A DNA stretch of 64,000 nt, taken from contig OY282458.1 in the NCBI GenBank assembly GCA_958296245.1, positions 1,190,238 through 1,254,237 of the forward strand. Reading direction: 5' to 3'. A program made the translations under genes and the position numbers. The DNA comes from an uncultured Dehalococcoidia bacterium. GTDB taxonomy: Bacteria > Chloroflexota > Dehalococcoidia > Lucifugimonadales > G958296245. Position 1 is the stretch's first letter; each line of letters opens with the position of its first letter. The notes beneath the pieces are model-generated. The model saw only the letters and a list, made by a program, of their open reading frames with translations. It was not told the origin of the DNA and made no database searches. Positions 53,449 to 61,632 of this stretch are shown one piece after another.

Positions 53449-54480
53449 GTGGTTGACGTAAACCTAAAGATACCTGCAATTGAAAAGCTGCTGGACTACG
53501 CCGCCAGTGGGATAGGAGCAACCGCCGGACCAATGCTGGCCAATTGGAGAGCATCGAGAGAGGGAAAGGCAAGAATCACCTCCGCCCTCGCGGATGCGGA
53601 AGTGCGCCGCATTGAAGTGGAATCAGACGTCGGCGCTTTGCGGATTATTGCCGCCGCGCAGGCCGAGGCTCGGCGGTCCATCGACACGACGATTGAGTCG
53701 GGCCGTGGAATGGTGGAAATCACACGTGGAGACATTACACAGTCGATTGAGTTTCAAGGTCGGAAACGCTTGACTAACGTCAGGTCCGTCGTAGAGGAAG
53801 CAGCCGATGAGCTTGATGACAAGGAAGTAGCTGACCACGAACCTGACCCGGACTGGACTGCCCGCTTCTTCGATTGTGTCCAAGATGTCTCGTCGCAGGA
53901 TATGCAGAAGATATGGGCAAAGCTGCTTTCCGGTGAAGTGGAAAGCCCTGGGCGGACTTCCCTCCGCACGTTGGACACTCTCAGGAACATGACGAAAAAG
54001 GATGCAATCCTGTTCAAGAACATCTGCGACTTCGTTATTGGAGGCGACTTCGTATTCTACGACTGGAAGTACGTAAAGCAGTACAGCCCTCTTGAATACG
54101 ACAACCTGCTTCATATTCAGGACTGTGGTTTGATAAACGTTGGCCCCAATTTGGTAGAGGAAGTCGCGTGGGGTGACAAAAAGAAAGCTCTGGTTACATA
54201 TCAGGACGGCGTTCTAATGATTAGTGGTAATCCAGACGCTGATGACGAGTTGGAGATCCCAGCGATCGTGCTTACGACTGCGGGAAAGGAGCTGTTCCGG
54301 ATTGCTCAATGCACGTTGCATATGAGATACCTGCAATCTTTCTCAAGATTCCTCCAGCTGAAGAGCTGCGAATTATCCTATCTAGAAGGTGTGCGGCCAT
54401 TGCCTGACGGAACACTACGTTACGCACGCCGTATTCCCATTGAGCCACATCCTGAGCAAGTGGAAGATACCACACCATGA
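53449..54480 (+). CDS. DUF2806-domain protein
   Basis: DPDWTARFFDCVQDVSSQDMQKIWAKLLSGEVESPGRTSLRTLDTLRNMTKKDAILF matches the DUF2806 pattern. The stop overlaps the drmMI start (ATGA). Confidence 0.7.
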   Translation: MVDVNLKIPAIEKLLDYAASGIGATAGPMLANWRASREGKARITSALADAEVRRIEVESDVGALRIIAAAQAEARRSIDTTIESGRGMVEITRGDITQSIEFQGRKRLTNVRSVVEEAADELDDKEVADHEPDPDWTARFFDCVQDVSSQDMQKIWAKLLSGEVESPGRTSLRTLDTLRNMTKKDAILFKNICDFVIGGDFVFYDWKYVKQYSPLEYDNLLHIQDCGLINVGPNLVEEVAWGDKKKALVTYQDGVLMISGNPDADDELEIPAIVLTTAGKELFRIAQCTLHMRYLQSFSRFLQLKSCELSYLEGVRPLPDGTLRYARRIPIEPHPEQVEDTTP

Positions 54481-57400
54481 CCACGGCCAACACCAAACGC
54501 CTGATTGAAGCCGCGTTCCCGCTGAAGGAGGTGTCGCTGGACTCTGTGCATGAGAAGAACGTGCGGCATGGGCATATCTCGACACTGCACATCTGGCCGG
54601 CGCGGAGGCCGCTGGCCGCTTCGCGGGCTGCGCTGATCGCCACGCTGCTGCCCGATCCGGGCAGTCCCGACAAGCGAAATGCGATCCTGGAGCGCATGGC
54701 GGGCCACGTGATGAAGAAGACCGAGCGCAAGCGCGTGAACGGGCGCACGGTCGAGAAGGTGAAGGAGGAGACGGTAGGCGGCATCCTCCACTGGGGGCGC
54801 GAGAACGGCCCCGACCTCGACTGGTTCCGCAAGGCGATACGCAAGGCCTACGGCGGACGCGCCCCCAGGGTGCTGGACCCCTTCGCGGGCGGCGGCGCCA
54901 TCCCCTTGGAGGCCATGCGGCTGGGCTGCGAAGTGACCGCCATGGACATCAACCCCGTCGCCTGGTTCATCCTCAAGTGCACCCTGGAGTATCCCCAGAA
55001 GCTGGCCGGGCAGACTTGCCCTCTGCCCGAGTTCACACTGAAGGACCGCGACTTCATGAAGGCGTTCCTGAAGGCAAAGGGCTTCAAGGGGGCCGGCCTG
55101 CGGACGTTCCTCGAACGGCTGGGCCACGGCAACGGCGGCGACGTCCAACTCGACCTCGTGCGTCCCGACGATCCGAGCCTGGAGGCGGACCTCGCCTGGC
55201 ACGTTCGCGCCTGGGGGCGGTGGGTCCTGGCCAGGGCGCGCAGGGAGCTGGCGTCCCACTACCCCACCTACGCCGAATGGGGAGCGGCTAGTGATCAGGG
55301 GATAGTGGATGGCGGGGAAGAAACACGCCCCTGGCTGCTGGAGCCGGACGCCGACGGCAAGACCGATGCCGGGCCGTTGAACACGCGCTTCGATTCGGCC
55401 TATCTCAATGACCCGCGCAACCCGCGATGGGTCGCCAAGCCCACGGTGGCCTATCTCTGGGCGCGCGCCGTTGCCTGCAAACAGTGCCGGGCCACGCTGC
55501 CCCTGCTCAAGACTCGCTGGCTATGCAAGAAGGACAACAAGCGGGTGCTGCTGACTATGGAGCCGAACTCGGACCGGACCGGCGTCGTCTTCGGCGTGCA
55601 GCCCGACGCGCCCCGCAACGGCAGCAACGCTGCTCAGCGGCGGGAGCACGACAGGCGCATCGGGGCCGGCACCATGTCCCGAACCGGCGCAACCTGCCCC
55701 TGCTGCGACACCATCATGACGATGCAGGACATCCGGCTCGAAGGCCGCGCCGGACGGCTGGGCGCGGTGATGACCGCCGTCGTGGTGGATGGAGTGAAGG
55801 GCAAGGAGTACCGCCTGCCCACTGACCATGAGCGCGAGGCTGCCGAAGTGAGCGAGGAGCGGCTTCAGGCTCTCTATGCGGACATTCCATTCGGGTTGCC
55901 GGAGGAACCTTTGCCCAGCAAGGAGGCTCTTGGGTTTCGTGTCCCACTCTACGGGTTCGACACGTGGCGCAAGCTGTTCACGAACCGGCAGCTGTTGGCG
56001 CTGGGTGAGTTTGTTCGTTCACTCCGCGAAATGCCCGAGCAACTTGCTGATTACCCCAAGGAGTGGCAGGAAGCTACCGTTGCTATGTGCCTACCCATCA
56101 TCAGCCGTATGGCTGACCGGGGAAGTACGTTGGCAACATGGACCAACGATCCCGAAAAAATCAGGAGTACGTTCGCCCGTTTCGCATTACCCATCACGTG
56201 GGACTTCTCCGAGTTTGCGCCACTTTCAGACACCACCGGAGGGTTCGTTCAATCTGTCGATTGGGTATTCAAGGTCTGCGAGCATCTGCAAAGGAGCGTG
56301 GACTCGGCCAAGAGCGGGGAGTGCATCTGTGAATCCGCAATCTCCAGCCCGGTCGGGAACGTCGATCTCATCCTAACTGACCCCCCTTACTATGACGCGA
56401 TACCATATTCTGATCTGATGGATTTCTTCTATGTCTGGCTCCGGCGTTCGATTCCAGGGTTGTCTCCCAAAGTCGATTCCGTGTTCTCTCGCTCCCTTGG
56501 GCCAAAATGGGACCATGATTCAGGTGACGGCGAACTCATAGACGACGCCAGTAGGTTTGGCGGTGACCAGGAGCGATCCAAGCAGAATTACGAAGAGGGC
56601 ATGGCCCGCTCGTTTCAGTCGTGTCACGCTGCGCTGAGTCCTGATGGTCGGCTCGTCGTCGTGTTTGCCAACAAGCAGCCCGATGCGTGGGAGACGCTGG
56701 TAGCCGCCCTAATCCGGGCCGGCTTCGTTGTGGACGGTTCTTGGCCTGTACAGACAGAGATGGGCAACCGCAACCGAGCCATCGCATCCGCCGCCCTGTC
56801 GTCATCGGTCTGGATCGTCTGCAAGAAGCGGCCCGCATCGCGCCCCGGCTGGGACAACAGCGTCCTACAGGAGATGCGCGAGAACATCACCCAGCAGCTG
56901 CGCGACTTCTGGGACGCGGGGATTCGCGGGCCGGACTTCGTCTGGGCGGCAACCGGCCCGGCCCTGGAGGCCTTCAGCAAGTATCCGGCGGTCAAGAAGG
57001 CGAACGCCCCAGACCAGCTTATGACCGTATCGGAGTTCCTGCGCGAGGTGCGGCGGATGGTGGTGGACTTCGTGGTCGGTCGCGTCCTGACCCATGGCGA
57101 TGGGCACGAAGCCGTGAGCGGACTCGACGACGTGACCACATACTACCTGCTGCACCGCCACGACTTCGGCATGGACGACGCGCCCGTCGGCGGCTGCATC
57201 CTCTACGCCCTGTCGTGCAACCTCTCCGACTCGGCTTTGGTAAACCAGCACGACCTTCTGGCCCAATTGGGCAAAGGAAGCGCCGGCGACACCGGAGAGA
57301 ACGACGCTGCTGAGGAAGACGAAGAATCGGAGAGCGGGGGCGGCGCAAGGGTGAGGCTAAAGGCGTGGAACCGGCGGCAGGGCCGCAACCTCGGCCTCGC

Positions 57401-57662
57401 GGGACCGGGCGACCGTCCCGCCCCACTGATCGACCAGGCGCACAGGCTGATGCAGCTCTGGCGCGCCGGGGACCAGGTCAAGGTGGACGACTACCTTGAC
57501 GCCCGCGGCCTCCAGCGCAACGCCCTGTTCGGCCAGATACTCCAGGCGCTCATCGAGCTGTCCGACGCCGGCTCCGACGAGCGCTCGATCCTCGAAGCCC
57601 TGAGCAACCACGTGGCCGCTCGGGGTAATATAGGCGCACCACGCCAGCAGGCCATGCTATGA
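54477..57662 (+). CDS. drmMI: DUF1156-type adenine DNA methyltransferase (DISARM DrmMI-like)
   Basis: The DUF1156 N-terminus is KRLIEAAFPLKEVSLDSVHEKNVRHGHISTLHIWPARRPLAASRA. An FAGGGAIPLEA motif is present. The Zn-ribbon is CKQC...CPCC. The catalytic motif is LTDPPYYDAIPYSDL. Confidence 0.85.
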   Translation: MTTANTKRLIEAAFPLKEVSLDSVHEKNVRHGHISTLHIWPARRPLAASRAALIATLLPDPGSPDKRNAILERMAGHVMKKTERKRVNGRTVEKVKEETVGGILHWGRENGPDLDWFRKAIRKAYGGRAPRVLDPFAGGGAIPLEAMRLGCEVTAMDINPVAWFILKCTLEYPQKLAGQTCPLPEFTLKDRDFMKAFLKAKGFKGAGLRTFLERLGHGNGGDVQLDLVRPDDPSLEADLAWHVRAWGRWVLARARRELASHYPTYAEWGAASDQGIVDGGEETRPWLLEPDADGKTDAGPLNTRFDSAYLNDPRNPRWVAKPTVAYLWARAVACKQCRATLPLLKTRWLCKKDNKRVLLTMEPNSDRTGVVFGVQPDAPRNGSNAAQRREHDRRIGAGTMSRTGATCPCCDTIMTMQDIRLEGRAGRLGAVMTAVVVDGVKGKEYRLPTDHEREAAEVSEERLQALYADIPFGLPEEPLPSKEALGFRVPLYGFDTWRKLFTNRQLLALGEFVRSLREMPEQLADYPKEWQEATVAMCLPIISRMADRGSTLATWTNDPEKIRSTFARFALPITWDFSEFAPLSDTTGGFVQSVDWVFKVCEHLQRSVDSAKSGECICESAISSPVGNVDLILTDPPYYDAIPYSDLMDFFYVWLRRSIPGLSPKVDSVFSRSLGPKWDHDSGDGELIDDASRFGGDQERSKQNYEEGMARSFQSCHAALSPDGRLVVVFANKQPDAWETLVAALIRAGFVVDGSWPVQTEMGNRNRAIASAALSSSVWIVCKKRPASRPGWDNSVLQEMRENITQQLRDFWDAGIRGPDFVWAATGPALEAFSKYPAVKKANAPDQLMTVSEFLREVRRMVVDFVVGRVLTHGDGHEAVSGLDDVTTYYLLHRHDFGMDDAPVGGCILYALSCNLSDSALVNQHDLLAQLGKGSAGDTGENDAAEEDEESESGGGARVRLKAWNRRQGRNLGLAGPGDRPAPLIDQAHRLMQLWRAGDQVKVDDYLDARGLQRNALFGQILQALIELSDAGSDERSILEALSNHVAARGNIGAPRQQAML

Positions 57663-60322
57663 CTACAGGCGACCGTCATCCCCCATCGGGCGCGCGATTC
57701 TTCAAGTGTGCGTTGCAGGTCAACCCGCCCCACTACGCCGAGACCTTCCGCGGGCAGGACGGCGAAAGCGATCCGCGAGCATACGCTGAGGCCATCGTCG
57801 AGAAGGCCGCAGAGATTGGCGTCGAAGCCCTTGCCATCACTGACCACAACGACGTAAGCGGGGTGTCTGCGTTCCGCGATGCTGCGTCCGATTACAATAT
57901 CACGGTGCTCCCCGGCTTCGAGCTCACCTCATCGGAAGGCATCCACGTGCTGTGCTTATACAATCCGGACACTGACACTGAGCAGCTTGACAGATTCCTG
58001 GGCGAGTTCGGAATCCGCACAACCGGTTCTTCCTCAGAACTGTCGGACGAGTCCTTTGAGGATATCCTCCTGAAGGTCAGAGAGCAGGGCGGCATCGCGA
58101 TAGCCGCTCACGTGACGAATGACAAAGGATTGCTCAAGACTCTCACAGGACAGGCGCGGATCAACGCATGGCGGAGTGAAGGCCTCCTTGCGATCCAGAT
58201 ACCGGGGCCTATCGGAGATCTGCCTTTCGACCAGCGGCAGATAGTAGAAAACAAGGACTCCAATTACCGCCGTGCCCACGCGGCGGCCGCGATTAACGCG
58301 AAGGACGTAGCCAAGCCTGAGGACCTGAGCGATCCATCGGCCACCTGCTGGATCAAGATGTCCGAGATCAGTGTCGAGGGTCTGCGGCAAGCGTTTCTGG
58401 ACCCGGTCTCTCGAATCCGGCTTAACAGCGATCCCGTTCCCGAAGATCATGCGGAGCTGATTGCGCTGACGTGGGAGGGTGGATTTCTGGACGGCGCGGC
58501 TATCCGCTTCAACCCGAATCTGAACGTTCTCGTCGGGGGGCGCGGTACGGGGAAGTCCACCGTCGTCGAGAGCTTGCGGTACGTGCTGGGCCTAGACCCT
58601 GTTGGGGAAGACGCCCGCAAGTCCCACGAGGGGATCGTGAGTAACGTATTGCGGAGCGGGACGAAGATCACGCTCGTAGCGCGCTCCCACCATCCGGCGG
58701 AGCGAGAATACCGGATCGAGCGGACCGTTCCGAACCCGTCTCTGGTTCGCGATGAGAACGGACAGCTGTCAAATCTGCTTCCCAAAGACGTTCTTCCCCG
58801 GGTCGAAATCTACGGCCAACACGAGGTCTCGGAGATCACCAGGAGTCCTCAGAAGCTCACCTCGCTCCTCGATCGCTTCGTTCAACGTGACCCGTCGCTG
58901 GACAAGCGCAAGGCCAGTGTGCGCAGGGGCCTGCAACAGACGCGTGAGTCGATCATTGGCGTTCAATCCGAGCTTCAGCAGATTGATGAACGCTTGGCTG
59001 CGCTGCCGGGACTTGAGGAGACGCTCAGGCGTTTCAAGGAGGCCGGACTCGAAGACCGCTTGCGCGAGCAGAGCCTGCTCGTTCGGGAAGAGCAGGCGCT
59101 CGACTCGATCCCCGGGCGTGTACGGACGTTCCGGGAGTGCCTGGAGACGCTGCGGCAAGAGTTGCCCATCGACCTGACGTTCTTGTCGCCGAAGGCCCTG
59201 GAAGGACTGCCGGGCAGGGAGATTCTCGCGCAGGCAAACGGAGCGCTGGGCCAATTGAGTCAGGACTTAGGGCAGATAGCGCAACGCTTGGCGGAAGCCC
59301 TAGCGCGGGCTGACGAAGGCATAGAGGATGTTCGCAGCCGTTGGGCAGAACGCAAGGCCGAGGTGGAGGCTGAGTACCAGAAGATCTTACGCGAGTTGCA
59401 GAAATCGGCTGTGGACGGGGAGGAGTTCATCCGACTGAGGCGCGAAATCGAAAACCTGCGCCCGTTGCGTGAGCGCCGTAGTGCGCTCGAGCGGCTGGAG
59501 AAGGAGCATACAGGAAGGAGACGCGCACTTCTGGGTGAGTGGGAGGACATCAAGGCGTCGGAATTCAGGCTCCTCGACCATGCGGCACAGACCGTGAGCT
59601 TTAGGCTTCGCGACCGGGGCAAGGTTGAAGTGGCTGCCGCGGGCAACAGGGAGCCGCTCTTCAAGACGATCAGAGAGGAGATTGTCGGACGCCTCTACGA
59701 GGCAATAAACGCTCTCAGGCAAGCGCCGGACCTATCGTTGCCAGAATTCGTAGAGCGATGCAGGGCAGGCGCGGACGAGATCCAGAAGGCTTATGATGCA
59801 GTCCCTCCGGCCCAGGCGGAACGCCTCTCCAAGGCATCAGATGATACGCTGATGAAAATCGAGGAGTTGGAATTGCCCGCGACGATAACACTACATCTGA
59901 ACACGGCGCCCGCCGGCGCTCAGCACTCGTGGCAGGCGCTGGATGACCTTTCGACAGGTCAAAAGGCGACTGCCGTGTTGCTGCTTCTGCTGTTGGAGTC
60001 CGACGCCCCGCTCATCGTCGATCAGCCGGAAGACGACCTCGACAATCGATTTATCACCGAGGGTGTGGTCCCGAAGATGAGAGAGGAAAAACGTCGCCGG
60101 CAGTTCCTGTTCTCGACCCATAACGCCAACATCCCGGTACTCGGTGACGCCGAGCTCATAATCGGCCTGGACGCTTCGGGCGCAGCGGGAGATATGAAGG
60201 CGGTCATTCAACCTGAGCGCATGGGTTCTATCGACACGCTGCCGGTGCGGGAGTTGGTTGAGGAGATACTCGAAGGCGGCAAGAATGCGTTCGAGACGCG
60301 GCGGCTGAAGTACGGATTCTGA
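57659..60322 (+). CDS. PHP-domain plus SMC/ABC-like coiled-coil ATPase
   Basis: The PHP segment is LAITDHNDVSG...GFELTSSEGIHVLC. The Walker A is VGGRGTGKST. A long coiled coil follows. The signature is LSTGQKATAVLLLLL and the Walker B is LIVDQPEDDLD. The start has an ATGA overlap with drmMI. Confidence 0.8.
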   Translation: MTTGDRHPPSGARFFKCALQVNPPHYAETFRGQDGESDPRAYAEAIVEKAAEIGVEALAITDHNDVSGVSAFRDAASDYNITVLPGFELTSSEGIHVLCLYNPDTDTEQLDRFLGEFGIRTTGSSSELSDESFEDILLKVREQGGIAIAAHVTNDKGLLKTLTGQARINAWRSEGLLAIQIPGPIGDLPFDQRQIVENKDSNYRRAHAAAAINAKDVAKPEDLSDPSATCWIKMSEISVEGLRQAFLDPVSRIRLNSDPVPEDHAELIALTWEGGFLDGAAIRFNPNLNVLVGGRGTGKSTVVESLRYVLGLDPVGEDARKSHEGIVSNVLRSGTKITLVARSHHPAEREYRIERTVPNPSLVRDENGQLSNLLPKDVLPRVEIYGQHEVSEITRSPQKLTSLLDRFVQRDPSLDKRKASVRRGLQQTRESIIGVQSELQQIDERLAALPGLEETLRRFKEAGLEDRLREQSLLVREEQALDSIPGRVRTFRECLETLRQELPIDLTFLSPKALEGLPGREILAQANGALGQLSQDLGQIAQRLAEALARADEGIEDVRSRWAERKAEVEAEYQKILRELQKSAVDGEEFIRLRREIENLRPLRERRSALERLEKEHTGRRRALLGEWEDIKASEFRLLDHAAQTVSFRLRDRGKVEVAAAGNREPLFKTIREEIVGRLYEAINALRQAPDLSLPEFVERCRAGADEIQKAYDAVPPAQAERLSKASDDTLMKIEELELPATITLHLNTAPAGAQHSWQALDDLSTGQKATAVLLLLLLESDAPLIVDQPEDDLDNRFITEGVVPKMREEKRRRQFLFSTHNANIPVLGDAELIIGLDASGAAGDMKAVIQPERMGSIDTLPVRELVEEILEGGKNAFETRRLKYGF

Positions 60323-60331
60323 GGCGCGAGG

Positions 60332-61576
60332 ATGAACCGTACCGAGCTGCTGGAGATCATCAGCAACGACGAGAACTCAGGCGTCGAGTTCAAGCGAGAC
60401 GACGAACATCCGGAAAGCCTTGCCACGGAGATTGCCGCCATGCTGAACATGGAAGGTGGGTACATTCTCCTGGGTGTCGAATACGACGGATCGGTTTCCG
60501 GTCTCAGTCGAGAGCGAACGGAGGCCGAAGAGTGGACAATGCATGTGGCGCGCGATCGTGTCCTGCCCTCAGTGATCCCCTATTGGGAGACCCTGGAATG
60601 GGAGCCGGGCATCATCGTTGGGGTGATCTCGCTCCCCGCAGACGCCCCCGACAAACCGTACAAGGCGAAGCGGGGGAAGTCTTGGGTTACTCGGATACGC
60701 GCCGGAACCACTACGCGCGACGCGACGCGCGAGGAGGAGGAGCGCCTGTATCAGCAGTCGGGAAGGCTCCAATATGGCCTCAAGCCCGTGCCGGGCGCAG
60801 CTCTCGACACACTTGACCGGAGACGTTTGCGCGACTACTTTGTCCGCGTTTTGGAAGGGGACGTTCCGACCGACGACGATGACGACCAATGGCAACAGCT
60901 GCTCTGTAACCTGGACATGGCGACCACGCCGGCGGGTCGAATTGCGGCAACCATCGACGGGATGCTGCTCTTTGGGGAGAATCCGAAGCGATTTCTTCCG
61001 CAGTCGGGCGTCCGGGCTGTCTGCTACCCCGGGGAAGAACCGGATTACGCTACACGTGCGGACGAATACTTGAAGGGACCCCTGGTCCCACTCGGCACTA
61101 GGGACGGTACGATAATCGAACCTGGCATCGTAGATATGGCGTGGGATTTCGTGCGGCGCAACACCGCTCCATCAGCCCGCTTGGAGGGGGCGCGGCGAAT
61201 CGACCGCTGGGATTATCCCGAAGAAGCAGTGCGCGAGGCGATGGCCAACGCCTTGGTACATCGAGACTACAGCATCGCGGGCACTGACATCATGCTGGCA
61301 ATCTTCTCGGACCGCCTTGAGATTCTTAGCCCAGGACGGCTCCCCAACACGGTTACGGTAGATGGGATGAAATTGGGGATGCGTTACGCTCGAAATCAGA
61401 CGCTGGTCAACGTCATGCGTGACTATGGATACGTCGACGCGCGCGGTATGGGAGTGCGGAATAAGATCATTCCGGCAATGAAGACGCACAATGGCACCGA
61501 GCCGGATCTCGTCGAGGAAGAAAGCCGTTTCATCGTTCGCCTTTGGAAGGATGCAAAAACAATTCATGAGCCATAG
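60332..61576 (+). CDS. AlbA_2 (Schlafen-like) DNA-binding domain plus HATPase_c_4 protein
   Basis: The N-terminus is ELLEIISNDENSGVEFKRD...GGYILLGVEYDGSVSGL. The C-terminus is EAMANALVHRDYSIAGTDIMLAIFSDRLEILSPGRLP. Confidence 0.8.
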   Translation: MNRTELLEIISNDENSGVEFKRDDEHPESLATEIAAMLNMEGGYILLGVEYDGSVSGLSRERTEAEEWTMHVARDRVLPSVIPYWETLEWEPGIIVGVISLPADAPDKPYKAKRGKSWVTRIRAGTTTRDATREEEERLYQQSGRLQYGLKPVPGAALDTLDRRRLRDYFVRVLEGDVPTDDDDDQWQQLLCNLDMATTPAGRIAATIDGMLLFGENPKRFLPQSGVRAVCYPGEEPDYATRADEYLKGPLVPLGTRDGTIIEPGIVDMAWDFVRRNTAPSARLEGARRIDRWDYPEEAVREAMANALVHRDYSIAGTDIMLAIFSDRLEILSPGRLPNTVTVDGMKLGMRYARNQTLVNVMRDYGYVDARGMGVRNKIIPAMKTHNGTEPDLVEEESRFIVRLWKDAKTIHEP

Positions 61577-61632
61577 AGATGGCGCAAGCGTGTGCCCTGA
61601 AGCAATGCTTGAAACCCAATAATGAGGACGAC

